DNA from: Bacillota bacterium
GTDB lineage: Bacteria; Bacillota; Clostridia; DUPQ01
Reading direction: 5' to 3'
DNA: 64,000 nucleotides
Assembly (NCBI GenBank): GCA_036743175.1
Contig: DAINQB010000001.1
Span: 69,135 to 133,134, forward strand
Shown here: piece by piece, positions 1-9,887 of the stretch
Numbering within the stretch: position 1 is the first letter of the stretch
How the letters are laid out: each line of letters opens with the position of its first letter
The notes under the pieces: generated by a model
Told to the model about the DNA's origin: nothing
Databases searched by the model: none
What the model saw: the letters and a program-made list of their open reading frames with translations, nothing else
Program-made: the position numbers and the translations under genes

Positions 1-5
1 AGAAA

Positions 6-29
6 CAACCGCCGTTTGAACGGCGGTTG
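6..29 (-). terminator. Candidate intrinsic terminator hairpin at the window edge
   Basis: Perfect inverted repeat caaccgccgtt..aacggcggttg at positions 6-29; on the minus strand it is followed by a T-run (tttct) that continues past the window edge; lies ~170 nt downstream of the minus-strand GNAT gene. Confidence 0.3.
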
Positions 30-202
30 TATTGGAATGCACCTTTGGGGATTGGTGCTGTTGGGGGTCTTAGGTTGCTGTTTTCACAGCTTTTTGGTTT
101 CATGGACATTCTACCCTGTTTGCACCAATAAACAACACATTACACCCCTTTTATACGTTCAATCCCCTGTAAACTACAAAATCAGCCATTGTCTGACACT
201 TG

Positions 203-661
203 TCATATACTCTTTTCCATATATACAAGTGTAAATTCATCCTTGAAAGGTTCTTCCTTGTATATCCTGTAACCCATCTTCTCATAAAGAGCTATATTCT
301 TTTCACTCTGGCCACCGGTGAAAAGCCACAGCCGACTGATTCCTTCGGTATGCTTCTCGATTTCTTCCATGAGTCTCCGGCCGATGCCCATGTTCTGCCA
401 TTCATCAGATACACTAAGTCTTTTTATCTCTGCACTTTGCCCGTCTCTTAGCAGCCTGATACTGCCTGCAATCCTGCCTGATACCAAGGCAACAATGACA
501 CTCAGATTCTCATCTGAAAGGTCAATGTCGGAAGCCTCCTCAACCATGGGAGGAATATCATATGCATCATACTTCTGAGCCTGCACAAGAAAAGCTTTTT
601 TCTGGATTGCAAGTATTTCTGCCAGATCCTCTTCCCCGGCCTTTCGCAATAAAATCTCCAT
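203..661 (-). CDS. GNAT family N-acetyltransferase
   Basis: ORF 203..715; likely start at MEILLRKAGEEDLAEILAIQKKAF (661), one base after the upstream gene's end at 663. GNAT motif-A-like RLSVSDEWQNMGIGRRLM. Confidence 0.7.
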   Translation of the reverse strand: MEILLRKAGEEDLAEILAIQKKAFLVQAQKYDAYDIPPMVEEASDIDLSDENLSVIVALVSGRIAGSIRLLRDGQSAEIKRLSVSDEWQNMGIGRRLMEEIEKHTEGISRLWLFTGGQSEKNIALYEKMGYRIYKEEPFKDEFTLVYMEKSI

Positions 662-662
662 G

Positions 663-1457
663 TCAGTACAGCTCCAGAAAACTCTTGACCGTATATCTGA
701 CTGTGAAGGCATCAATCAACTCAACATCCTTGCTCTTGCTGTTATAGACCGCCTCGGCATCCTCAAGCCTTAGGAACCGTGCCTCAACGGTGACAGGGTC
801 CTTTATGTCATACAGAACAGCATCATCGATTTTGGTTACAGCTGTTCTGACCCCTTCATAGATTTCATCAACAACCCTTGCAGGATGCTTCAGTACTGCC
901 AGGTTCCTTCCTATGGCTTCCTTTGTAACCACTGTGGTCACCCAGGGCATGTCCCGGTTTATCTGACTGACAAGCTTGTTGTCGCCTGCAATGAATATAA
1001 GCGGAGCGCCCAGCAGCCTTGTGGCACTTGCGGCATCAATCTCAATTTCACCAACGGAGACACCGTTCAGTTTTATATATTGATATGTGACTGAGCTGCA
1101 GGTATGTGTCAGAATTCCTGCAAATGTATCCGCCTTGGGATGATATCCAAGGAGAAGCACTGCATCAATGTCCTTGTCATATAGCCCCGGCCATCTGTGC
1201 TTTGCACCGACCCCTGCAACTATATCAACCCTTTTGTCCAGTTCATTGTAGTCCATGTTGAGACTTCCGTTGTGATTGTCCCACACATACACCATCTCAG
1301 CGCCGGAATCATACAGGGCCCTGACTGCTGAGTTTATTTCCTGTACTGCCTGTTTTGCGGCTGCCTGGAACTGCTTTGATGTGTTTCCAAGACCCTCCTT
1401 CGGATACCCTACAACCCCGGCTATTCCTTCCATGTCACAAGCTATTGCATATCTCAT
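663..1457 (-). CDS. dppA: M55 family metallopeptidase (D-aminopeptidase DppA-like)
   Basis: 264 aa. MRYAIACDMEGIAGV N-terminus and overall architecture typical of Peptidase_M55/DppA. Confidence 0.7.
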   Translation of the reverse strand: MRYAIACDMEGIAGVVGYPKEGLGNTSKQFQAAAKQAVQEINSAVRALYDSGAEMVYVWDNHNGSLNMDYNELDKRVDIVAGVGAKHRWPGLYDKDIDAVLLLGYHPKADTFAGILTHTCSSVTYQYIKLNGVSVGEIEIDAASATRLLGAPLIFIAGDNKLVSQINRDMPWVTTVVTKEAIGRNLAVLKHPARVVDEIYEGVRTAVTKIDDAVLYDIKDPVTVEARFLRLEDAEAVYNSKSKDVELIDAFTVRYTVKSFLELY

Positions 1458-3202
1458 ATTCCGACTCCCTTCATATACTCCCTGTGATTTGCCGCTGCTT
1501 CATTTGTAAGCAGTGCTCTTTTATAAATCCTGAGAACATCAACTTTTTCTGCAACAGTTATCTTTTTGCCACCGTTTACATGCCTTAGGTTGGGATTGAA
1601 CCTTCCCCATCCGAACTGTCGTTTCCCGGCTCCGTCCTGTAAAGTTCCGTTTACTACAAAGCTTATTATCTTTGGACCCCCGTCAACTGTCATCGTCACA
1701 AATGTTTTCTCTTTGAAGTCTATGACATCGCTCTTCCAGGAACAGATGGTCCTTCCATCACTTAAAATGATATATATTTTGTCATCATCCGTGGATTCAA
1801 CCAGGATGCCGCTTCCATCTTCGCCTCTGTTGTCGGCAATCATTTCCCATTTTCCGGGCTTGCCCTCAAGAACAAATTCAAAAGAAAAACCATTATGGTT
1901 GTCACCGGTACAGGAAGCTGCCCCTGAATGATCAAAGAACAGGAATGGTTCAATCACCGGCATATCATGGACACCAAAACCGCATTCCAGTAGGATATCT
2001 TCCCCACTGCATGGCCCAAGCTCCTTCCACGACAGCAATTTCCCAAGAAACTCTTTGTCAATTTCGTGGGTTCTTGCATAATCCTTCTGGGTTTCTGAAA
2101 CAAATGTCTTGCCTGAATCCTGTATCAGGTCCGGATAACTTATCCTGACATATGGATCTTCATCATAGAGCAATATCTCAGGCTGGGACCATTCAATCAT
2201 TCGTCCATCAGGTCCGTCAGTCTCTTTCCCTGCTAGACACCAGGCCGGATTTCTGTCGTCATACCACTTTCCCCAGTTGTTGTGGAACCAATAAAGGAAC
2301 TGTCCGTTCTCAAGTTTCCAGACAAAATTTGCAGCCCTTGGATGTCTTACCGGCATATACTTCGGTTCTTCCCAGTTTCTGCCCTGATCCCGACTGTATG
2401 AATATGCCGGTCTCCCATCAATGGTTCTGTATACTGTGAAGAATGATCCATCACTGAGGGGTACATAGCTGTGTTCCTCTGATACCGGGCCTCCTCCTTC
2501 AGGAGTCCTGATTCCGATGTCACCTTCAGGCAGTGTCTCGAATCTTAGTTTGGTTATATCTCTTTCGTACATGATGTTTTCGCTTTTTATAAGAACACCT
2601 TCACTCTTTGCAAAGAATCCATGTCCCATCTCCCCTACCTTATGTATGGACAGATATGCACAGTCATCATGCACAAGGGGTTTTCCAACATTCCAGAAGA
2701 ACATGATTTCGCCCTTGTAAGGATTTTCAAGGTCCCATCTGAACCTTCGCATGGGTACCTCTCCCCTTTGGTCAGACCAAGTCATTCCGTTGTCATCACT
2801 GTAACGGAACACATAATATCCCTGCGAATCCACTCTTTTGCATATCCCCCCTTCAAAGGGTGGATCAGTGGCTATTATTTCCCTTACATTGTCTTTGTTG
2901 AAGTTATAGAAGCAATAAATCCTGCCATAGCTTGTTTTCAAAAGAACTGAATATGAATTTTCAGGTGAACCCTTGGGTTCCATTCTGTTTATGTTCTCCC
3001 AGGTCCGGCCCATATCAGTGCTTCGCATGGTCATTACATACTGGCCGGGCAAACCTTCCTTACCCTCACCGGTAGTAAGACTGCATACCCATGCCCCGTC
3101 ATCAGCCTTCAGAATATATGGTTGATCGCTGTAATATTCAGTTGGTATTTCCCTGCCGTTTCTAATATTTCGCCAATCCATTTTTTCTATCTTCCTTTCC
3201 AT
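1454..3202 (-). CDS. BNR/Asp-box repeat glycoside hydrolase (sialidase-like) with C-terminal LamG/ConA-like lectin domain
   Basis: Three Asp-box motifs SxDxGxTW (STDMGRTW, SDDNGMTW, SRDQGRNW). No clear FRIP motif, so sialidase specificity is uncertain. Start may be the internal Met at 3181; overlaps the end of the upstream MFS gene. Confidence 0.55.
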   Translation of the reverse strand: MERKIEKMDWRNIRNGREIPTEYYSDQPYILKADDGAWVCSLTTGEGKEGLPGQYVMTMRSTDMGRTWENINRMEPKGSPENSYSVLLKTSYGRIYCFYNFNKDNVREIIATDPPFEGGICKRVDSQGYYVFRYSDDNGMTWSDQRGEVPMRRFRWDLENPYKGEIMFFWNVGKPLVHDDCAYLSIHKVGEMGHGFFAKSEGVLIKSENIMYERDITKLRFETLPEGDIGIRTPEGGGPVSEEHSYVPLSDGSFFTVYRTIDGRPAYSYSRDQGRNWEEPKYMPVRHPRAANFVWKLENGQFLYWFHNNWGKWYDDRNPAWCLAGKETDGPDGRMIEWSQPEILLYDEDPYVRISYPDLIQDSGKTFVSETQKDYARTHEIDKEFLGKLLSWKELGPCSGEDILLECGFGVHDMPVIEPFLFFDHSGAASCTGDNHNGFSFEFVLEGKPGKWEMIADNRGEDGSGILVESTDDDKIYIILSDGRTICSWKSDVIDFKEKTFVTMTVDGGPKIISFVVNGTLQDGAGKRQFGWGRFNPNLRHVNGGKKITVAEKVDVLRIYKRALLTNEAAANHREYMKGVGI

Positions 3203-4355
3203 ATATGTAGGTTACCGCAAATCCAACAAGACAGACTGCAGAAACCATCAGGTACCCTGCCTTTATACTAGCATATCTTACAACCATTCCCATAAAAAAT
3301 GGTCCTCCGATGATGCCAATTCCATATATTGCCTGCAGATAGCCCATGGCTGTATCCTTCATTCCGCTCTTTATGTTCCTAAGGCCCTGTGCCATCATCA
3401 CTGGAAGTATGAATCCCATGAAGAATCCAACCATGCCCTGCATTAAATACAGCTGAAGAGGACTGGTTGCAAATGGCATGATGGCGAAGGAGGCAGCTGA
3501 ACCAATGAATGCAATGAGAACTGTCTTCTTGGGACCGAACTTTCTTTTCATCACCCTTCCGCTCAGCATTGCACTCAGAACACCCATTATTGTAAATACG
3601 GCTGTAAGTATTCCTATCAATGCATTGCTGACACCCATATCCCTGGCCATAACAGGTGTAAATGTATATGTTGTTGCAAACACAGCGAACTGGAAGAATA
3701 TCATGATTGTCGAGGACATATACAGGTCCCTGTCTTTTATAACAGAAAGGATTTCCCTTGTAGAATGATGAACCTTTTCCTCATGGGTTCTGTCAAGGGG
3801 AAGGAAAATCCATGGTATCAGACATATTCCTGCCGCTATTCCTCCGGCAAGAAAGGCCCATTTCGAACCCACGAACTGTGCTATCAGCCCTCCGATTATT
3901 ATTGCAAAGGTTCTCCCAAGTTTGAATGATGCACTCATGTTTCCCATGGCATGATGCGAGTCCATCTCCCTGAAGGTCTCTGTCATATACCCAGGAAGAA
4001 TAATACTGGATGTCGCTCCTATACCCGCCATTATCCTGAATACAAGCATATATTCCGGTGTGGGTGACAATCCAAGGCCTATGCCACTGACCAGGCAGAA
4101 AAGTATCCCGGCACCAATGAAGTATTTTCTGTTCTGGACCCTGTCCGAAAGGAAACCTACTGGGATACGAAGAATCAGCTGTGCAACTCCATATGATCCT
4201 GCTATCGTTCCAATCATAACAGCATCAGCACCAAGTGATGATGCATGATTTGATAGAACCGATCCATATGAATACAATGAAAACCAATACATTGCTGAAA
4301 CTGTATAGAAAATCCACAGTGTCTTCCTTTGAATGCCGCTCATGTTGCCCTCCAT
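3162..4355 (-). CDS. MFS transporter
   Basis: 397 aa, 12 predicted TM segments, MFS-like loop motif GFLSDRVQNRKYF. Confidence 0.75.
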   Translation of the reverse strand: MEGNMSGIQRKTLWIFYTVSAMYWFSLYSYGSVLSNHASSLGADAVMIGTIAGSYGVAQLILRIPVGFLSDRVQNRKYFIGAGILFCLVSGIGLGLSPTPEYMLVFRIMAGIGATSSIILPGYMTETFREMDSHHAMGNMSASFKLGRTFAIIIGGLIAQFVGSKWAFLAGGIAAGICLIPWIFLPLDRTHEEKVHHSTREILSVIKDRDLYMSSTIMIFFQFAVFATTYTFTPVMARDMGVSNALIGILTAVFTIMGVLSAMLSGRVMKRKFGPKKTVLIAFIGSAASFAIMPFATSPLQLYLMQGMVGFFMGFILPVMMAQGLRNIKSGMKDTAMGYLQAIYGIGIIGGPFFMGMVVRYASIKAGYLMVSAVCLVGFAVTYIYGKEDRKNGLAKY

Positions 4356-4565
4356 TATTCAGAATAGTAACATATGAACTCCCCTGCAACAATAGAACAT
4401 GGAAAAGCAATGCCATGATCAGCAACTCATTTCATGGGTATTAAATTAAATCAAGATCTTTGTTATGCACAACCCTGCCGTCAATATACATTAACAATCA
4501 ACTATGATATATTTATACAAACATAATATTTATATGACGGGATACAATTTTACGGCCAGTTTAAT

Positions 4566-5966
4566 ATGAAAACCACAAACAATCGGTTATTCAAAATACT
4601 ATTCATTATATTTTTCAGCATTCTGATCATTGTACCATTATCCTTTACATTGATCAGAGGTGAAAGCAGTTTTTCACAAACTGAAAACAGGAAGCTTGAA
4701 ACCTTTCCGAACTTCAGCATCAATGATTATCTGAAAACTGTATTTCAGGAAGCACTGGAAAGCGCCTTGAAGGATCAATTGCTTTTTTCAGCTGAATTAA
4801 AACATATATACAATAATATCAAAAACAAAAGCCTTGAACTTTCCTACTCAGTCCTGAATCCACTGTTTAAAGCAGGTGACCCGCTTCCCCCTCAGATACA
4901 ATCATCACAAGTGCCTGTAATATCCGGACAGGAGGAAAATGTATCCAATGGATATCAAATACCTGTAATCAGCAATGAAGAAGATATAATCAACAAGGAA
5001 CCGGAAAGTTCAGTTGCCGGTAATGCAACACAACCGATTGGACCATATAACATTGAAATTGCTCCTTCAGTCCTTGATGGTTACACATTGCTTCCGAAGG
5101 GTCAGGAGCTCTTGCTTTTAAGTGAATATGAGCATTTGATATTTCCCCATGAGGACTTTGAAGAGTCAAGGCCTTTGCTTGAAAACAAAATTAACAATAT
5201 CAACGCAATCACCGAACAGTTTCCAGATTTAAAATATTATTTATATTATATCGAAACTGATTATGATGCTGACTTTGTGAACCATCAAAACAGCCATGAG
5301 TTCTATAACTATATTGTAGCTGCAATAAATGAGAAGGTAATTACAGATGTATTTCCTATAAACAAAACGGATGACCTGACAGATAATTTCTTCAAGACAG
5401 ACCATCACTGGAATAATTCCGGTCAATTGAAAGGATATTCAGATATTGTTACCATGCTCGGAGAAGAATCTATCATTGAGACTGAAATGCTGGATTTTCC
5501 AGGATTGACATATTATGGCTATAAGGCAAGGCTTCTTGACGAATATAAAATCAAAGATGAGTTTGGTCTTCTGTACGCTTCGCTGGATTCATATGATTTA
5601 TTTTTAGATGGAGCTGTTTCCACGCTGAGGACCAAGGAATCATATTACAATGGAATCTACAGCCAGAATGACTCTGTTTCACATTATTCAAAGTGCAATG
5701 GTTATGACTATGGTGAAATAGTATATGACTTCCATAAGGAGGAGAAAGAGAATATTCTGATATTCGTGGACAGCTATTCCAATCCCATCAATGATTTGAT
5801 AGCGTCCCACTATAACAAGACTTTTATAATTGACATGCGCCATTACAAAGAGGTCATGGGTCATCCTTTTTCATTTGAAAGGTATGTTGAAGAGAATAAT
5901 ATAAGCACTGTCTTGTTCACCGGGTACTTTTTATTCTATGCCAATGACGCATTTTTAGTAGACTAA
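4566..5966 (+). CDS. DHHW family protein (AlgJ/AlgX/PatB-like SGNH O-acetyltransferase partner)
   Basis: N-terminal TM anchor, SQTENRKLETFP (ENR-L-P motif) and FFKTDHHWNNSG (DHHW motif). Immediately upstream of an MBOAT gene. Confidence 0.75.
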   Translation: MKTTNNRLFKILFIIFFSILIIVPLSFTLIRGESSFSQTENRKLETFPNFSINDYLKTVFQEALESALKDQLLFSAELKHIYNNIKNKSLELSYSVLNPLFKAGDPLPPQIQSSQVPVISGQEENVSNGYQIPVISNEEDIINKEPESSVAGNATQPIGPYNIEIAPSVLDGYTLLPKGQELLLLSEYEHLIFPHEDFEESRPLLENKINNINAITEQFPDLKYYLYYIETDYDADFVNHQNSHEFYNYIVAAINEKVITDVFPINKTDDLTDNFFKTDHHWNNSGQLKGYSDIVTMLGEESIIETEMLDFPGLTYYGYKARLLDEYKIKDEFGLLYASLDSYDLFLDGAVSTLRTKESYYNGIYSQNDSVSHYSKCNGYDYGEIVYDFHKEEKENILIFVDSYSNPINDLIASHYNKTFIIDMRHYKEVMGHPFSFERYVEENNISTVLFTGYFLFYANDAFLVD

Positions 5967-5990
5967 CTGTTTTTTTAAGAAGGTAATGAC

Positions 5991-7400
5991 ATGGTTTTCA
6001 GCAGTTTTACATTTATTTTTCTTTTTCTACCATTGGTACTGTGCATGTATTACATTGTACCGGGAAGAATCTTCAAGAACCTTGTTCTAATTGTTTCATC
6101 GTTGCTTTTTTATTCATGGGGAGAACCGTTTTACGTCCTGATCATGGTGCTTTCAATACTAAACGATTATACTTTTTCCAATTTACTTGTAAAGGCCAGG
6201 GAAAACAATCAGCCCCGGAAAGCCAGAGTATATTTTATTATATCAATCTTAATTAACCTTGGGCTCCTTGGCTTTTTCAAATATTACGGATTTGCAGTTG
6301 ATAATCTGAACAATCTTTTCAATCTAAACCTGGTGAATCATGATTTGCCTTTACCCATTGGCATCAGTTTCTATACTTTCCAGACAATGTCTTACAGCAT
6401 AGATGTCTATCGTCGTAAAGTTAAGGTTCAGAAAAACATTCTGACCCTTGCTACCTATGTGGCCCTGTTCCCCCAGTTGATTGCAGGACCCATTGTCAGG
6501 TATATTGACGTTGAATCCGATATGGAAAACAGGATTGAATCCCTTCCTTTGATATATGAAGGAACCAGAAGGTTTATAAAGGGGCTGGCCAAAAAAGTTC
6601 TGATTGCCAATACAATGGGGTTTTTCGCTGATTTTATATATAACGGGAACATTCTAGAACATGGCACACTTATATTATGGCTGGCGGCAATAGCCTATGC
6701 ACTGCAGATTTACTTCGATTTTTCGGGATACAGTGATATGGCCATCGGCTTAGGTAAGATGTTTGGTTTTAATTTCCCTGAGAATTTCAATCATCCGTAT
6801 ATGGCCACCAGTATCACCGATTTCTGGCGCAGATGGCACATTTCCCTCAGTACATGGTTCAGGGATTATCTGTATATCCCACTGGGCGGGAATAACGGTG
6901 GTTCGTTGTTCCAGATTAGAAATTTATTCATTGTATGGCTTGCAACAGGACTTTGGCACGGAGCATCCTGGAATTTTATATTATGGGGCCTTTATTACTT
7001 TGTTTTCCTGGTACTTGAAAAGTTCCTGCTTGCTGATGTTCTGAAAAAGATTCCTTCCATTATAAAAAGAATCGCTACTCTTCTGGTTATTACTGTCGGC
7101 TGGGTCATTTTCAGATTGGAAGATTTCCAGGCAATGGGAACAGCCCTCTCCCGTATGTTTGTGTATAATCCTTTGAATACGACTTCATTCCTTTTTGATT
7201 ATCAACCAATATTGTATACTGTTCCATTTATGCTGGCAGGGATATTCTTTTCTTTTCCTCTGTATAAAAAAATGGAAGACAAAATAACAGGTCCCGGAAT
7301 GCGGATGGCATTGGATGTTACACTTTTAATTGTCTTTATGGTTTCAATCATGTTCCTGGCAGGTGAGAATTATAATCCCTTTATTTATTACAGATTTTGA
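5991..7400 (+). CDS. MBOAT family membrane-bound O-acyltransferase (AlgI/DltB/PatA-like)
   Basis: 469 aa polytopic protein with conserved MBOAT His region (WRRWHISLSTWFRDYLYIPLGG) and WHGASWNF; 24 nt downstream of the DHHW gene. Confidence 0.8.
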   Translation: MVFSSFTFIFLFLPLVLCMYYIVPGRIFKNLVLIVSSLLFYSWGEPFYVLIMVLSILNDYTFSNLLVKARENNQPRKARVYFIISILINLGLLGFFKYYGFAVDNLNNLFNLNLVNHDLPLPIGISFYTFQTMSYSIDVYRRKVKVQKNILTLATYVALFPQLIAGPIVRYIDVESDMENRIESLPLIYEGTRRFIKGLAKKVLIANTMGFFADFIYNGNILEHGTLILWLAAIAYALQIYFDFSGYSDMAIGLGKMFGFNFPENFNHPYMATSITDFWRRWHISLSTWFRDYLYIPLGGNNGGSLFQIRNLFIVWLATGLWHGASWNFILWGLYYFVFLVLEKFLLADVLKKIPSIIKRIATLLVITVGWVIFRLEDFQAMGTALSRMFVYNPLNTTSFLFDYQPILYTVPFMLAGIFFSFPLYKKMEDKITGPGMRMALDVTLLIVFMVSIMFLAGENYNPFIYYRF

Positions 7401-7470
7401 TACAAAGTTGACAGGTATGCACATTTATATTCCCGCCTTAACAATACTTTTCCCTTAATTTTTTCATATA

Positions 7471-8268
7471 TCATGGCAGTTGATCATTTTTTCCAATCGC
7501 ATTTGCTCCGGTCTCACTCTTTTTACTGAGCCTTTTGATTAAAGCTAAAATCTTCTTACGCATTAAAACAACCAAAAGTGACATGCCAATCAATATAGCC
7601 GCTGTTATTGCTGCAGTTTTAACATCACCCTTTGATATCCTGTCTCCGACATATATGCTTAATAAGATTGTCGGAGAACCCGCTGTAACCGCACAAAGAA
7701 GAAATTTGGGAAGTGAAATCCGGGTATTTGCAAATATATATGGAAGAATCCCGTTTGGTACACCTGGTATCAGGAATAACAGGAAGGCCATGAACATCAG
7801 GTTGTCTGATTTTCTAATGAATGAGAAGTCCCACCTTGACTTGGTAAGTTTATCCTCACGTTTCAACCATTTGAAATTAAGTGCAACCTTTATCTGCCTC
7901 ACCAGAACGAATACCATTACATTGCCAAGAAGAAATCCGGTCAGGCAAATCAGGAATCCATAAAAAACATCATATGCAAGGCCGGCAAGAATCTGTATGG
8001 GCACAGCTGAGATAACCGCTGATATTATTTGAAGTGCTCCAAGAGATATCAGAATAAAAACTCCTTTGCTTCCGTAACTGTCTATTATTGAAACAACTGA
8101 GTTTTCATCATTTGTATGTGCAAAAATGTTCTTGATAAGGGGAATCAAGTCAATGCACATTATAACGATCAAAACGACCATCAATACAATCACTATGATA
8201 GAGAAGATTCTCTGTTTATACTTTTTCAACCAATCCAGCAAGCAATATTCCCCCCCTGACCAAGTCAT
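7471..8268 (-). CDS. TVP38/TMEM64 (DedA-related, VTT domain) family membrane protein
   Basis: 265 aa multi-TM protein; central VTT-like region (GSPTILLSIYVGDRISKGD). Confidence 0.55.
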   Translation of the reverse strand: MTWSGGEYCLLDWLKKYKQRIFSIIVIVLMVVLIVIMCIDLIPLIKNIFAHTNDENSVVSIIDSYGSKGVFILISLGALQIISAVISAVPIQILAGLAYDVFYGFLICLTGFLLGNVMVFVLVRQIKVALNFKWLKREDKLTKSRWDFSFIRKSDNLMFMAFLLFLIPGVPNGILPYIFANTRISLPKFLLCAVTAGSPTILLSIYVGDRISKGDVKTAAITAAILIGMSLLVVLMRKKILALIKRLSKKSETGANAIGKNDQLP

Positions 8269-8658
8269 TTCATAATTTCAGTAATATAATTGTATCATTT
8301 TTCTGTCACGCAATTAATATTCATTGGTGTTAGTAAACCATTGAATATGCAAGTTAACGCTTAAGATAATTTTATTCTGTGATAAGCATAAAAATAAATA
8401 TATTAGTCAATTGTTCACAGTGACATGCTCCCATCACTCATAGAAGTGGTGAGGAGATTTTGTAGCCCTTTAACAACCTCTTTGTCAATTTAACAACGAT
8501 AACATGACTGGTATTATCGTCATGCATGGACAACCTTCATCTGTAGATAATGTTCTTTGATTTCCTCTACCAAGTACTCCCCGGAGTAGCTGAAGGGATT
8601 TCTCCGGTATAATTCAATAATCTATTTTTTGTTTCTTTTCCTTATGATAATTATTATA

Positions 8659-8928
8659 TCATTTCTCATAAATATCTTTACGATGTCCAATCTCAACAGC
8701 AGTTATTACAAGATCATCATCTTGAATCATCGCCAGTATTCTGTAATCGCCAACTCTATATCTCCATTTATCGTTCAATTCACCCCGAAGTGCTTTCCCA
8801 TATAATCTGGGATTTTCACAATTAACCAATTTTTCCTCAATATAGGCTAAAATTAAGGCTGCAATCTTCTTATCCATCTTCTTAAGTTGCTTTGCTGCAG
8901 TCTTTGTATAATTAACCATATATCTCAT
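8659..8928 (-). CDS. relE: Type II toxin, RelE/ParE family
   Basis: 89 aa. C-terminal RYRVGDYRILAMIQDDDLVITAVEIGHRKDIY typical of the RelE/ParE fold. 4-nt overlap with the upstream antitoxin. Confidence 0.8.
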   Translation of the reverse strand: MRYMVNYTKTAAKQLKKMDKKIAALILAYIEEKLVNCENPRLYGKALRGELNDKWRYRVGDYRILAMIQDDDLVITAVEIGHRKDIYEK

Positions 8929-9143
8929 AAGCCAAGGTCCTTTTTTAAATTTTCATGACTGATTTTCTCATTCTCTTTTTCTTCTTCCCAGACTTTATCA
9001 AAAAGTGCCAGATCATATTCATCTTCGATTTTTTCAAGAACAGCCTGTCTTATCAGGGTAGACAAATCTAAATTATGCAATTCGGCATACTTTCTAACTA
9101 TTGCGTCATCTCTGTCGCTTAATCTTAGTGATACTGTACTCAT
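8925..9143 (-). CDS. Type II antitoxin (ribbon-helix-helix / RelB-DinJ-like)
   Basis: 72 aa. N-terminal VSLRLSDRDDAIVRKYAELHNLDLSTLIRQAVLEKI is RHH-like; translationally coupled to relE. Confidence 0.7.
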   Translation of the reverse strand: MSTVSLRLSDRDDAIVRKYAELHNLDLSTLIRQAVLEKIEDEYDLALFDKVWEEEKENEKISHENLKKDLGL

Positions 9144-9314
9144 TTTTTCACCTCCGATGCGTAATACATCGTATTACATGATTACTATAGCATCCTGCCT
9201 AATTTATGTCAAATATGCTTTTTATTAAGTTTATCGTGAAAATTGGTATCAATATGTACATAGCACATCTATTTCTACGTCAAAGTACTCCCCGTTGTAC
9301 CTGAACGGAGTATA

Positions 9315-9887
9315 TCAGTTATGACTGCCCTTTATAAACTCAATATTTTTCATCAAATAGTCAATTCCACTGTAAATAGTCAGAACCACAGCAACAACCA
9401 TCAGTGCATCATCAAGGTACCACATGTCAATGATATCATTGAGCATCCAGGCAACTGATGCAATAATCTGCATAACTGTTTTCACTTTACCCCAGATACT
9501 TGCAGCTACTATCTTACCTTCTCCTGCAGCGATTGTTCTTATTCCCATTACCATGAGCTCCCTTGCAATGACAATAATGACTATCCAAACGGAAAGGTTG
9601 AATTTTACTACCAATACAAGCAGTGCTGCAAGAACCAGCAGCTTATCAGCAATGGGGTCCAGGAATTTTCCAAGATTGGTGACTTCATTCCTTTTTCTTG
9701 CAAGATTTCCGTCAATAATATCTGTTATTCCCGCAGCAATGAAAAGAAATATGGCTATATATGGACCGGCTGTGTCCATGAATGAACCAAGTCCCGACGG
9801 AAGCCAATCAGGAGCTGGTAATGCAAATATGAGGAAAAGAGGAATCAAAAGTATTCTTAGGAAAGTTATCTTGTTAGGCAGGTTCAT
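9315..9887 (-). CDS. pgsA: CDP-diacylglycerol--glycerol-3-phosphate 3-phosphatidyltransferase
   Basis: CDP-alcohol phosphatidyltransferase motif DGNLARKRNEVTNLGKFLDPIADK. Confidence 0.85.
   Translation of the reverse strand: MNLPNKITFLRILLIPLFLIFALPAPDWLPSGLGSFMDTAGPYIAIFLFIAAGITDIIDGNLARKRNEVTNLGKFLDPIADKLLVLAALLVLVVKFNLSVWIVIIVIARELMVMGIRTIAAGEGKIVAASIWGKVKTVMQIIASVAWMLNDIIDMWYLDDALMVVAVVLTIYSGIDYLMKNIEFIKGSHN

Noticed and set aside
7535-7963. Antisense ORFs from the six-frame track, for example 7535..7963, 9424..9972, 10727..11302, 36821..37834 and 59607..60455
   Set aside because: They lie entirely inside well-supported genes on the opposite strand, have low-complexity or Ser/Pro-rich translations, and lack an RBS.
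4356-9314. Calling the DHHW-MBOAT-DedA-TA segment a low-GC genomic island
   Set aside because: Spot GC counts (~33%) are no lower than in nearby housekeeping DNA, unlike the transposon cargo at ~23-30%. The repeats flanking the TA module support only a small local insertion.
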